Assembly (NCBI GenBank): GCA_048320885.1
Contig: JBLWFJ010000001.1
Span: forward strand, 5,569,697 to 5,633,696
Length of the DNA: 64,000 nucleotides
Source of the DNA: Nannocystaceae bacterium ST9
GTDB lineage: Bacteria > Myxococcota_A > Polyangia > Nannocystales > Nannocystaceae
Direction of reading: 5' to 3'
Under the pieces are notes generated by a model, which saw only the letters and a list, made by a program, of their open reading frames with translations, did no database searches and was not told where the DNA came from. A program made the position numbers and the translations under genes. Below, piece after piece: positions 43,541-52,713 of this stretch; position 1 is the stretch's first letter; every line of letters begins with the position of its first letter.

Positions 43541-45895
43541 ATGAAGCGCCTGCTGAATTCGAAATGGCAACGACTCGGCCTGCAAGTCGCCCTCCTGTCC
43601 GGCATCGCGATCGCCTTCGTGGTCGGCACCCACGAGCCCCCCAGTCGAGCCGAGGGCGGCGTCGATTGCCCCTCGGAGACCGATTGCACGTTCAAGAAAC
43701 CCAACATCATGTTGATCATGGACTATTCGACGTCCATGAACACGCTCTGGGACGTCCCGAACAACCTGACCCGCTGGCAGGTCGTCGTCTCGTCGATCAA
43801 GACCGTCACGCAAGACGGCAGCTTCCTCAGTCAAAATACCCACTTGGCGTTGATGCGCTTCGGCCACGATCCCGCGCCCGCCGTCGCCGGGACCACGATC
43901 CCCAATGACTCGTCGGGGATCGTCGACGGCCAGAAGCTCGATCTGCCCTGGTACGACGCCCAAAACACGCCCTGGTTCGAATGCAACGGCGCCGCGATCG
44001 GTGCGGCCCTCGACGCCGCCGGCGATCCGATCGATGGCAGCCTGGTCGGGATCGGGACTTGGACCAAGGGCGCGATGGACTACGCCAAGGTCCTGATCGA
44101 TCAATCGGTCGCCGATCATCCTCAGGACGCCGGCGAACGCACCTATCTCAACGTGGTCGTGACCGACGGCGCGTGGACGGGCGTCGACGGGACGACCACG
44201 CTGGCGCCGGCCAATCAGAATCCCGCGATCACGGCTGCCGCGCTGTTCGACGACGATCAGGTCCGCACCTACGTGGTCGCGGTCGCGGGTGATCCCAACG
44301 CCGAGATGGCCGCCGATTCGCTGGCGACGGCCGGCGGCACCGGGCCGACCGCGATCGACGGGGACACGCCCGCGTTGCTCGAGCAGGCGCTCGGCGCCCT
44401 CGTCCAGGACATCATCGAGAGCGTCGTCGCGCCCGAGTGCGTCGGTGGGCTGCCGCGGGTCATGGTGCTGCTCGACGCGTCTTCGTCGATGCTCAACGTC
44501 GCCGGCGGCACGCAGGCGGGCGGGCCCGGCCAGACCGGCTGGGACAAGGCCCGCGACGCGCTGGCCGGCGAGGTCGACTCGCTCTTCGACCTCGAGCTGG
44601 TCAATTTGCCGGGCCAGGCGGTCGAGGATGTCGTGCACCTCGGGCTCGCGGTGTTCGGCCACAACGCGCCCGCGCCCGGCGAGCAGAAGATCCTCGTCGA
44701 CTATGGGCCCTGCATGAAGGACAACTTCGCGTGGGCGCTGCACCCCGGCAGCTCGGCCGCGTGCACGCCCGTCGACGCCGACGTCTGTGCCGAAGACGCC
44801 GAATGTGGGCCCGGCAACGTCTGTCGATTCGGGACCTGTCGGGTCGCCTGCGACGGCGGCATGGACTGCGGCGGCGAAGAGGTCTGCGCTTACGGGGGAT
44901 GTGCCTGCGACGAGGATTCCGATTGCGGCGCGGGCCTGTGCATCACCGGCGAATGTCACGACAATTGCTCGGTCGATCCCTGGGGCGGCCCGCCGATCGT
45001 CTGGGACTTCCAGGATGGCACCCAGAATCCGCCCGGCTTCGACGTCGCGACCGACAGTCACATGCCGCAGTGCGCGGGCAACAACATGTTCTGCTCGGGC
45101 TCCGGCACCTATACCCACCTGGGCCTCCAGCTGATCAAGACCAACAAGGCGGATTACCTCGCCGCCGCCCAATTGCCCAACGCACCCTATCCGGCCAACG
45201 ATCAGACCCAGTTCATCAACATCCTGATCACCGACGGGCAATACACCGGCTATTCGACCAACGCGCAGGTCCAGGCCGAGCTCGAGCAGATGTTCGCCGA
45301 CGGGATCACCACCTACGTGATCGGCTTCGGCGATGGCGTCGACACCCCGGCCGCGATCGCCCAGCTCGGCAACATGGCCGACTGGGGCTCGGGCGCCACG
45401 CTCGATTACTACGACGCCAACAATCAAGCCGCGCTCGAGACCGCGCTGGCCGACATCATCGCGTCGATCAGCTTCGATCCCTGCTGTGCGTTCAACGACT
45501 GCTCCGAGAACCCCGAGCCGACCACCTTCGAACCGGATCCGGTGCCCAGCGACGACACCGAGACGACCGAGAGCACCACGATCGAAGAGACGACCACCGC
45601 GACCACGGTCGGCGACACGGCCGAGGAGTCGACGACCGACGATCCGACCACGGCCGAGGAGTCGACCACCGACGAGCCGACCACCACCAGCGGCGAAGCC
45701 GAGAGCTCGTCGAGCGAGGGCAACGACGAGGTCGAGTCCGACTCCAGCGGGGCGGGCAGCGATGGCAGCGACCTCCCGGCCGACGACGAGGGTGGCGACT
45801 GCAACTGCGCGAGCGCGCCGAACGAGCGAGGTCTCGCGGGCTCGCTGCTGCTGCTCGGTCTGGCCGGGCTGATCCGCCGTCGCCGACCTCGCTGA
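43541..45895 (+). CDS. Double von Willebrand factor A (VWA, MIDAS DxSxS) domain protein with Cys-rich EGF-like module, acidic T/E/S-rich stalk and C-terminal MYXO-CTERM sorting motif (GGDCNCA…LLLLGLAGLIRRRRPR)
   Basis: Real part of ORF 43358..45895 from ATG 43541 (MKRLLNSKWQRLGLQVALLSGIAIAFVVG); 'IMLIMDYSTSM' and 'VMVLLDASSSM' MIDAS motifs. Confidence 0.8.
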   Translation: MKRLLNSKWQRLGLQVALLSGIAIAFVVGTHEPPSRAEGGVDCPSETDCTFKKPNIMLIMDYSTSMNTLWDVPNNLTRWQVVVSSIKTVTQDGSFLSQNTHLALMRFGHDPAPAVAGTTIPNDSSGIVDGQKLDLPWYDAQNTPWFECNGAAIGAALDAAGDPIDGSLVGIGTWTKGAMDYAKVLIDQSVADHPQDAGERTYLNVVVTDGAWTGVDGTTTLAPANQNPAITAAALFDDDQVRTYVVAVAGDPNAEMAADSLATAGGTGPTAIDGDTPALLEQALGALVQDIIESVVAPECVGGLPRVMVLLDASSSMLNVAGGTQAGGPGQTGWDKARDALAGEVDSLFDLELVNLPGQAVEDVVHLGLAVFGHNAPAPGEQKILVDYGPCMKDNFAWALHPGSSAACTPVDADVCAEDAECGPGNVCRFGTCRVACDGGMDCGGEEVCAYGGCACDEDSDCGAGLCITGECHDNCSVDPWGGPPIVWDFQDGTQNPPGFDVATDSHMPQCAGNNMFCSGSGTYTHLGLQLIKTNKADYLAAAQLPNAPYPANDQTQFINILITDGQYTGYSTNAQVQAELEQMFADGITTYVIGFGDGVDTPAAIAQLGNMADWGSGATLDYYDANNQAALETALADIIASISFDPCCAFNDCSENPEPTTFEPDPVPSDDTETTESTTIEETTTATTVGDTAEESTTDDPTTAEESTTDEPTTTSGEAESSSSEGNDEVESDSSGAGSDGSDLPADDEGGDCNCASAPNERGLAGSLLLLGLAGLIRRRRPR

Positions 45896-45926
45896 TCCCG
45901 AGGGCCGTCCATGGCAAGCTCGGGCG

Positions 45927-47825
45927 ATGCCTCGCTCGCCCGCGCTGCTCGGCGCCTCGCTGCTCGCCTCGCTCGCCTGCTCGGCCGAGCCGACCAGCAA
46001 GACCTTCACCGACGAGCGCGAGCCCTGCAGCGACCACAACCCGCAGCGCAACCTCTACTTCGGCGACCTGCACGTCCACACCGCGTACTCGTTCGACGCC
46101 TACATCAACGAGGTCCGCGTCGATCCGGCCGAGGCCTACGAGTTCGCGCGCGGTCGAGCGGTCGAGCTGCCGGACGGCGCGGGCGGGCTGCAGACCCGCA
46201 CGATCGATCGCCCGCTCGACTTCGCCGCGGTCACCGATCACGGCGAGTACCTCGGCGAGGTCGCGGCCTGCGTCGATCCGGACTCGCCGGCCTGGTCGAG
46301 CGATCTGTGCGTCGGGCTGCGCGAGGGCGACCAGGCCGTGCTCGTGCAGTGGGGCCTGGGCTTGGGCTCGAGCAGCCCGATCCGCCCGGCCGGCGTGTGT
46401 GATTCGGCGGATTGCCCGAATTACCTCGACGGCGCGTGGACGCGGGTCCAGCAGGCGGCCGAGGCCGCCTACGATCGCTCGGCCGCCTGCGAGTTCACCA
46501 GCTTCGTGGCCTACGAGTGGTCGGGCGCGACCATGCTCTCGAACCTCCACCGCAACGTGATTTTTCGAACCGCCGCGGTGCCCGATCTGCCGATCACGCA
46601 TTTCGAAGAGCCCAGCTTCTGGAACCTCTGGGACGCGCTGGATCGCGAGTGCATCGCCGGCCTGGCCAATTGCGACGTGCTGGCGATCCCGCACAATACC
46701 AATTGGTCGAACGGCAACATGTTCGTCGCCGAGTACCCCGAGGGCCGCAGCGAGGCCGAGTGGGCCACCTTGCGGGCCGAGCTCGAGCCGCTGATCGAGC
46801 TCTACCAGCACAAGGGCGACAGCGAGTGCATGAACGGGCTCTCGGGGGTGATCGGCGAACCCGACGAGGCCTGCGAGTTCGAGAAGCTGCGGACCGGTGA
46901 ATTCGACGATTGTGGCGAGGGCACCGGCATGCAGGGCATGGTCAACGGCGGCTGCGTCTCGCGGCTCGACTTCTATCGCGGGATCCTCGGCGAGGGTCTG
47001 CGCGAGGCCGAGCGGCTCGGGATCAACCCCTACAAGCTCGGCGCGATGGCCAGCACCGACACCCACAATGGCACGCCCGGCGCGGTCGAAGAATTCGCGT
47101 TCGTCGGCCACTTCGGCAACACCGAGGGCGGCCCGCGCGAGCGATTGACCGGCGAAGTCCCGGGCGGGCCGAACAATTCCCCGGGCGGCTTGATCGCGGT
47201 GTGGGCCGAGGAGAACAGCCGCAATTCGATATTCGAAGCGATGAAGCGGCGCGAGACCTACGGGACCTCGGGCCCGCGCATGGCCCTGCGCCTGTTCGCG
47301 GGCTGGGACTTTCCCGGCGACCTGTGCTCGGACGCCGCGTTGGTCGAGCAGGGCTACGCGCGGGGCGTGCCGATGGGCGGCGACCTTCCGGCCCGACCGA
47401 GCGACGCCGGTGCCCCGCGCTTCGTGGTCTCGGCATTCAAGGATCCCGGCACGGCCGAGCATCCGGGCCGCGGACTCGAGCGGGCGCAGATCATCAAGGG
47501 CTGGCTCGACGCCGAGGGCGAGCTGCACGTCGAGGTCTACGACGTCGCGGGCGAGCCGGGCATGGGCGGGGTCGATCCGGCGACCTGTGAAGAGACGGGG
47601 AGCGGGGCGGCGTCGCTGTGCAGCGTGTGGGAGGATCCGGGGTTCGATCCGGGCGTGCGGGCTTGGTATTATCTGCGGGTCTTGGAGCTGCCGACGTGTC
47701 GGTGGAGCGCGCGGGATTGCAATTCGTTGGCGGCGGCGGGGGAGGAGTTGCCGGAGTCTTGTGGGGAGAAGCCGGGGGCGATTCAGGAGCGCGGGTGGAG
47801 TTCGCCGATTTGGTATAGCCCGTAG
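45927..47825 (+). CDS. DUF3604 family lipoprotein (PHP-like metal-dependent phosphoesterase motif YFGDLHVHT)
   Basis: ORF 45927..47825; signal/lipobox MPRSPALLGASLLASLAC. Confidence 0.75.
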   Translation: MPRSPALLGASLLASLACSAEPTSKTFTDEREPCSDHNPQRNLYFGDLHVHTAYSFDAYINEVRVDPAEAYEFARGRAVELPDGAGGLQTRTIDRPLDFAAVTDHGEYLGEVAACVDPDSPAWSSDLCVGLREGDQAVLVQWGLGLGSSSPIRPAGVCDSADCPNYLDGAWTRVQQAAEAAYDRSAACEFTSFVAYEWSGATMLSNLHRNVIFRTAAVPDLPITHFEEPSFWNLWDALDRECIAGLANCDVLAIPHNTNWSNGNMFVAEYPEGRSEAEWATLRAELEPLIELYQHKGDSECMNGLSGVIGEPDEACEFEKLRTGEFDDCGEGTGMQGMVNGGCVSRLDFYRGILGEGLREAERLGINPYKLGAMASTDTHNGTPGAVEEFAFVGHFGNTEGGPRERLTGEVPGGPNNSPGGLIAVWAEENSRNSIFEAMKRRETYGTSGPRMALRLFAGWDFPGDLCSDAALVEQGYARGVPMGGDLPARPSDAGAPRFVVSAFKDPGTAEHPGRGLERAQIIKGWLDAEGELHVEVYDVAGEPGMGGVDPATCEETGSGAASLCSVWEDPGFDPGVRAWYYLRVLELPTCRWSARDCNSLAAAGEELPESCGEKPGAIQERGWSSPIWYSP

Positions 47826-47891
47826 CGCGGACGAGACCGGCCGCGAAGCCGCGTACCCGAAGCGCGAACGCCCTCGCACACCACATCTGGG

Positions 47892-47920
47892 TTGACAGCC
47901 CGGCCCCTCCACAATATGTT
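47892..47920 (+). promoter_or_regulatory. Sigma70-like promoter TTGACA-N17-TATGTT for the nrd operon
   Basis: Exact -35 hexamer TTGACA (47892-47897), 17-bp spacer, -10 TATGTT (47915-47920); predicted TSS coincides with the riboswitch 5' end. Confidence 0.5.
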
Positions 47921-47923
47921 GTG
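47910..47923 (+). promoter_or_regulatory. NrdR-box-like palindrome CACAATATGTTGTG overlapping the -10 element
   Basis: Matches the NrdR box consensus (acaCwAtATaTwGtgt) with 2 mismatches to a perfect palindrome; single copy found. Confidence 0.45.
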
Positions 47924-47924
47924 C

Positions 47925-48112
47925 CTGCGCTGGTGCACGGCCCGAGTGTCGTGTCCAAGAGGGAATCCGGTGAGAGTCCGGAGCTGCCCCGCAGCGGTGA
48001 GCGAGAACGAAATCCACGCGACGCACTGGCTTTGGCTGGGAAGCGGTGGAGATTAGGTTCGAATCACGCGAGAGCGTGGTTCGGGGGCTCGTGAGTCCGA
48101 AGACCTGCCAGC
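47925..48112 (+). ncRNA. Cobalamin (AdoCbl) riboswitch in the 5' leader of nrdA
   Basis: Strong match to RF00174 core: ctGGTGC…AGAGGGAAtCCGGTGaGAgTCCGGaGCTGCCCCcGCAgCgGTgAGCG … GCACTGG (B12-box-like) … GGGAAGcGG … GAGTCCGAAGACCTGCC (3' pseudoknot/closing region). Lies between the promoter and the nrdA start (48340). Confidence 0.65.
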
Positions 48113-48339
48113 GCCCGATCACGAGAGACAGCAGTGATCGGTCGACCTCGAGCCTCGCGGGAGGCGGTGGGGGAGCCGAGCGAGGTCGACGTGAAGGTCG
48201 GTCTCGTGGTCGTGGTCGCGTTGGCCCGATTCGGCGTCTCGCCCGTCTCGCATGTGGCCGAGGTCTCGCGCGCACCGGAGACCGAATGCAGACACACGCA
48301 CGCCCTCATTCCACGTCCCTCGAATCGCCCGCGTCCCGC

Positions 48340-50670
48340 ATGCGTGTGGTCAAGCGCGACGGCAGCAGCGAATTCGTCGATCTCGACAAGATCGTTCGCG
48401 CGGTCGACCGCTGCTGCGTCGGATTGCCCGAGGTCGATCCGCTGCGGATTGCGACCAAGACCATCAGCGGGCTCTACGATGGCGCGAGCACCCGCGAGCT
48501 CGACGAATTGTCGATCCAGACGGCGGCGGCGCTGATCGTCGAGCAGCCGGCGCATTCGCGGCTGGCGGCCCGGCTGTTGGCGGCGTACATCGACGACGAG
48601 GTCCGTGCGCAGGGGATCTCTTGCTTCTCGGCAGCGGTCTCGAATCTGCGCGAATTGGGGCTGGCCAACCAGCGGCTGGCGGAGTTCGTCGAGGCGCACG
48701 CCGAGTCGCTCGACGCGGCGATCGATCCCGGGCGCGACGGTGAGTTCGAGTATTTCGGGGTTCGCACGCTCTACGATCGCTACCTGCTGCGCCACCCGAC
48801 CCGCCGCGAGGTGGTCGAGACGCCACAATACTTCTTCTTGCGGATCGCCTGCGCGCTGGCCGGGGACTTGCCCGAGGCGCTCGCGCTGCATCGATCGTTC
48901 AGCTCGCTCGAGTATCTGCCGAGCTCGCCGACGCTGTTCAACGCGGGCACCCGCCACGAGCAATTGTCGAGCTGCTTCTTGCTCGATTCTCCCGACGACC
49001 ACCTCGAGACCATCTACCAGCGCTACACCGACGTCGCATTGCTCTCGAAATTCGCCGGCGGGATCGGACTGGCCTATCATCGGGTGCGCTCGCGCGGATC
49101 GCTGATCGAGAGCACCAATGGAGTGTCGAGCGGGATCGTGCCTTGGCTCAAGACGCTCGACGCCTCGGTCGCGGCGGTCAACCAGGGTGGCAAGCGCAAG
49201 GGGGCCTGCTGCGTGTACCTCGAGCCCTGGCACGCGGACATCGAGGCGTTCCTCGAATTGCGCGACAACACCGGCGACGAGGCGTCGCGGACCCACAACC
49301 TCAACATCGCCAATTGGATCCCCGATCTCTTCATGCGCCGGGTCGAGGCCGGCGAGGCGTGGAGCCTCTTCGATCCCAAGCGGGTGCCGGAGCTCCCCGA
49401 TCTGTGGGGCGAGGCGTTCGATGCGGCCTATGTCGCGGCCGAGCAGGCCGGCTTGGCCAGCAAGTCGCTGCCCGCCCGCGAGCTCTACGCCCGAATGATG
49501 CGGACGCTCGCGCAGACCGGCAACGGCTGGATGACCTTCAAGGACAAGTCGAATCGGGCCTGCAACCAGACCGCGTTGCCGGGCCGCACGGTCCACCTCT
49601 CGAACCTCTGCACCGAGATCCTCGAGGTCACCTCGGCCGACGAGACCGCGGTCTGCAACCTCGGGTCGATCAACCTGGCCCGCCACGTCGGCGTCGACGA
49701 GCAGGGCCGGCCCGCGTTCGACTTCGCCAAGCTGGCCGACACGGTCGCGATGGCGGTCGTGCAGCTCGATCGGGTGATCGATCGCAACTACTACCCGATC
49801 GCGAGCGCGGCGGCTTCGAACCAGCGCTGGCGGCCGATCGGGCTGGGCGTGATGGGGCTGCAAGACGTGTTCTTCCAGCTCCGGCTGGCCTTCGATTCGC
49901 CTGCGGCCCGCGTGCTCTCGCGGCGGATCGCGGCGGCGGTCTACTTCCACGCGCTGGCGAGCTCGGCGAGCCTGGCCGAGCGGCATGGCGCCCACCCGAG
50001 CTTCGCGGACACCCGCGCGGCGCGAGGCGAGCTGCAATTCGACGCGTGGGGTGTGACGCCCGATGACCAGCATGATCAGCATGACTGGGCGGCGCTGCGC
50101 CGGCGGATCCGCGCGACCGGGCTGCGCAACTCCTTGTTGGTGGCGATCGCCCCGACCGCGACGATCGCCGCGATCGCGGGCTGCTACGAGTGCATCGAGC
50201 CCCAGCTGTCCAACCTGTTTCGCCGCGAGACGCTCTCGGGCGACTTCATGCAGATCAACCGCTACCTGGTCGAGGATCTCGCGCGGCTCGGGCTGTGGTC
50301 GGAGCCGACTCGCTCGCGGCTGAAGCTGGCCGAGGGCTCGATCCAGGGCTTCGCCGAGCTGCCGGCCGAGCTGCGCGAGCTCTATCGCACGGCCTGGGAG
50401 GTGCCGATGCGCTCGCTGATCGACATGGCGGCCGAGCGCGGGGCCTACGTCGATCAGAGCCAGTCGCTCAACCTCTTCGTCGCCGATCCCAACATCGGGC
50501 AGCTCTCGAGCATGTACCTGCACGCGTGGAAGCGCGGGCTCAAGACCACCTACTACCTGCGCTCGCGGCCGGCCACGCGGATCGCCAAGGCGACGGTCGT
50601 GAGCACGCGGCCGGCCAGCGCGGTCACGTGCTCGCTCGAGAACCCCGAGACCTGCGAGGCCTGCCAATGA
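48340..50670 (+). CDS. nrdA: Ribonucleoside-diphosphate reductase class I alpha subunit (ATP-cone + catalytic domain; C-terminal CxxC…C tail)
   Basis: ORF 48046..50670; start ATG 48340 (MRVVKRDGSSEFVDLDKI = ATP-cone start, alt ATG 48286); NrdA-like catalytic sequence. Confidence 0.9.
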   Translation: MRVVKRDGSSEFVDLDKIVRAVDRCCVGLPEVDPLRIATKTISGLYDGASTRELDELSIQTAAALIVEQPAHSRLAARLLAAYIDDEVRAQGISCFSAAVSNLRELGLANQRLAEFVEAHAESLDAAIDPGRDGEFEYFGVRTLYDRYLLRHPTRREVVETPQYFFLRIACALAGDLPEALALHRSFSSLEYLPSSPTLFNAGTRHEQLSSCFLLDSPDDHLETIYQRYTDVALLSKFAGGIGLAYHRVRSRGSLIESTNGVSSGIVPWLKTLDASVAAVNQGGKRKGACCVYLEPWHADIEAFLELRDNTGDEASRTHNLNIANWIPDLFMRRVEAGEAWSLFDPKRVPELPDLWGEAFDAAYVAAEQAGLASKSLPARELYARMMRTLAQTGNGWMTFKDKSNRACNQTALPGRTVHLSNLCTEILEVTSADETAVCNLGSINLARHVGVDEQGRPAFDFAKLADTVAMAVVQLDRVIDRNYYPIASAAASNQRWRPIGLGVMGLQDVFFQLRLAFDSPAARVLSRRIAAAVYFHALASSASLAERHGAHPSFADTRAARGELQFDAWGVTPDDQHDQHDWAALRRRIRATGLRNSLLVAIAPTATIAAIAGCYECIEPQLSNLFRRETLSGDFMQINRYLVEDLARLGLWSEPTRSRLKLAEGSIQGFAELPAELRELYRTAWEVPMRSLIDMAAERGAYVDQSQSLNLFVADPNIGQLSSMYLHAWKRGLKTTYYLRSRPATRIAKATVVSTRPASAVTCSLENPETCEACQ

Positions 50671-51689
50671 GCGCCGTCGTTCGGCCCGCCCGCCTGCTCG
50701 ACCCGGGGCTCTGCCTGACCCTGCGGCCGATGGCCTACCCGCGCTTCTTCGAGATGTATCGCGCGGCGATCAAGAACACCTGGACGGTCGAGGAGGTCGA
50801 CTTCTCCAGCGACCTCGGCGATCTGCACGGCAAGCTCGGCGCGGCCGAGCGGCACATGATCCAGCGGCTGGTCGCGTTCTTCGCGACCGGCGACTCGATC
50901 GTCGCCAACAACCTGGTCCTCAACCTCTATCGCCACCTCAACGCGCCCGAGGCTCGCATGTACCTCTCGCGCCAGCTCTACGAGGAGGCGCTGCACGTGC
51001 AGTTCTATCTGACGCTGCTCGACACCTACGTGGCCGACCCCCGCGAGCGTCACCAGGCGTTCGCGGCGATCGAGCACATCCCCTCGATCCGTCGCAAGGC
51101 CGGGTTCTGCATGCGCTGGCTCGACTCGATCCACGGGCTCGATCGGCTCGACACTCGCGCGCAGCGGCGTCGCTTTCTGCTCAACCTGATCGGGTTCGCG
51201 GCCTGCGTCGAGGGGCTCTTCTTCTTCGGCGCGTTCGCCTACGTGTACTTCCTGCGCTCGCGCAACCTGCTGCATGGCTTGGCGGCCGGGACCAACTGGG
51301 TGTTTCGCGACGAGAGCGCTCACATGGCGTTCGCGTTCGCGGTGATCGAGACGATCCGGGCCGAGGAGCCCGAGCTCTTCGACGCCGAGCTCGAGCGCGA
51401 GGTGGTCGCGATGATCGACGACGCGATCGCCTGCGAGACCCAGTTCGCCGAGGACCTGCTCGCGGGCGGGGTGCTCGGCCTGAGCGTCCGCGACCTGCGG
51501 GGCTACCTCGAGTTCTGCGCCGATCAGCGGCTGGCCACGCTCGCGATGCGGCCGCGCTATCGGACCCGCAACCCGCTGGCGTTCATGGACTTGCAGGACG
51601 TCCAGGAGGTCACCAACTTCTTCGAGCGGCGGGTGTCGGCCTACCAGGTCGGGATCGGCGGCGAGGTGGTGTTCGATGCCGCGTTCTGA
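50667..51689 (+). CDS. nrdB: Ribonucleoside-diphosphate reductase class I beta subunit (diiron/tyrosyl radical)
   Basis: Real part of ORF 50190..51689 from ATG 50667 overlapping nrdA stop (ATGA). Confidence 0.9.
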   Translation: MSAVVRPARLLDPGLCLTLRPMAYPRFFEMYRAAIKNTWTVEEVDFSSDLGDLHGKLGAAERHMIQRLVAFFATGDSIVANNLVLNLYRHLNAPEARMYLSRQLYEEALHVQFYLTLLDTYVADPRERHQAFAAIEHIPSIRRKAGFCMRWLDSIHGLDRLDTRAQRRRFLLNLIGFAACVEGLFFFGAFAYVYFLRSRNLLHGLAAGTNWVFRDESAHMAFAFAVIETIRAEEPELFDAELEREVVAMIDDAIACETQFAEDLLAGGVLGLSVRDLRGYLEFCADQRLATLAMRPRYRTRNPLAFMDLQDVQEVTNFFERRVSAYQVGIGGEVVFDAAF

Positions 51690-52116
51690 GGCCCCGCGCT
51701 CGGAGGCCGAGCGGTCCGAAGCCGAGCGGATCGCCGCGGGCGAGATCGTCGAGCTGCGCCTGCTCGACATGGTGTTCCCCGAGCAGACCAACCACTACGG
51801 CACGCTCTTCGGCGGGCAGGCGTTGGCGTTGATGGACAAGGCCGCGTTCATGCTCGCGTCTCGCTACGCCCGCGCGACCGTGGTCACGGCCAGCAGCGAG
51901 AAGGTCGACTTCCACGTGCCGGTCCGCCAGGGCCAGCTCGTCGAGCTGGTCGCACGGATCGTGGCGACTGGGCGGACGTCGATCACGATCGAGGTCGATC
52001 TCCACGCCGAGGATCTGCTCACCGGCGATCGCATGCTCGGCACGCGCGGTCGCTTCGTGTTGGTCGCCCTCGACGCGCACGGGCGCCCGCGCGAGGTGCC
52101 TGCGCTGCCGAGCTGA
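51676..52116 (+). CDS. Acyl-CoA thioesterase (hotdog fold, YciA-like)
   Basis: ORF 51676..52116; hotdog thioesterase sequence (…TNHYGTLFGGQALALMDKAAF…); overlaps nrdB 3' end by 14 bp. Confidence 0.75.
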   Translation: MPRSEAPRSEAERSEAERIAAGEIVELRLLDMVFPEQTNHYGTLFGGQALALMDKAAFMLASRYARATVVTASSEKVDFHVPVRQGQLVELVARIVATGRTSITIEVDLHAEDLLTGDRMLGTRGRFVLVALDAHGRPREVPALPS

Positions 52117-52126
52117 CGACCAAGCC

Positions 52127-52166
52127 AACAAAAAAACCGAGAGCCCGCGCGGGGCGGGCTCTCGGT
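52127..52166. terminator. Rho-independent terminator hairpin (ccgagagcccgc-gcgg-ggcgggctctcgg) flanked by A7 on the + strand (= U7 tract for a minus-strand transcript); probably bidirectional
   Basis: Perfect 12-bp GC-rich stem with tetraloop at 52137-52165, A-tract 52130-52136; sits between nrd operon end (52116) and a small minus-strand ORF end (52196). Confidence 0.6.
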
Positions 52167-52195
52167 GGTGGTCTGGGTCGGTGTGGCGTGCTGCC

Positions 52196-52354
52196 TCACG
52201 CGGCGAAGCGGCGAACTCGACGAGTCGGGACGTTCAACAGCTTCTCGGGGCGCTCGCGGTCTTCGAGGATCCGGCGCGTCTCCGCGAGGGCGGGGACGAG
52301 GGCGACGGACACGAGAGCGAGGGTGGCAGCGATCGTGATGAGCATGACGTGCAT
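52196..52354 (-). CDS. Possible small (52 aa) membrane protein MHVMLITIAATLALVSVALVPALAETRRILEDRERPEKLLNVPTRRVRRFAA
   Basis: 3' part of ORF 52196..52567; good GC3 codon usage, one TM helix, followed by the canonical terminator on its strand; short, so tentative. Confidence 0.3.
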   Translation of the reverse strand: MHVMLITIAATLALVSVALVPALAETRRILEDRERPEKLLNVPTRRVRRFAA

Positions 52355-52460
52355 GGCTACCGGCGCGGACGCTCGGGCATTTCCGGGATTGCAGTCGACG
52401 AAGCGTGAGTTTGACCCGATCGCTGGCGAGCGGCGGAATGCCGCGCTATCGATCGCCGCG

Positions 52461-52706
52461 ATGCCGGACTTGCCGATGGCCCTCACGGGCGTGCCCACCG
52501 AAGAACTGAAACAGCTCCTGCGTCGCGTGCATCGCAACGAGATCGCGATTCCGATCACGCCCGCCAACCTCGCGTTCGTCGGGCTTCAGCATCGCGCAGG
52601 CGAGATCATGCAGTCGCTGCGCGGGCTCGACGAGCCGGGCGCGCGCGCGGTGTTGGTCGCCGTGCTCGCCGAGCGCAGGCAGGCCGAGGCCGACGCCCGC
52701 GGGTGA
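52461..52706 (+). CDS. Hypothetical small protein (81 aa)
   Basis: 3' part of ORF 52188..52706 from ATG 52461 (MPDLPMALTGVPTEELKQLLRR…); good codon usage; 8 bp upstream of the Smr gene. Confidence 0.45.
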   Translation: MPDLPMALTGVPTEELKQLLRRVHRNEIAIPITPANLAFVGLQHRAGEIMQSLRGLDEPGARAVLVAVLAERRQAEADARG

Positions 52707-52713
52707 GCTCGGC

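Noticed and set aside
48050-48075. tRNA-like T-loop sequence GGTTCGAATC
   Set aside because: Flanking bases do not form a T-stem or acceptor stem; it lies inside the cobalamin riboswitch leader
43451-50667. Long minus ORFs 43451..46051, 45492..48275, 48064..50667
   Set aside because: Antisense shadows of VWA, DUF3604 and nrdA; 45492..48275 even runs through the non-coding riboswitch leader
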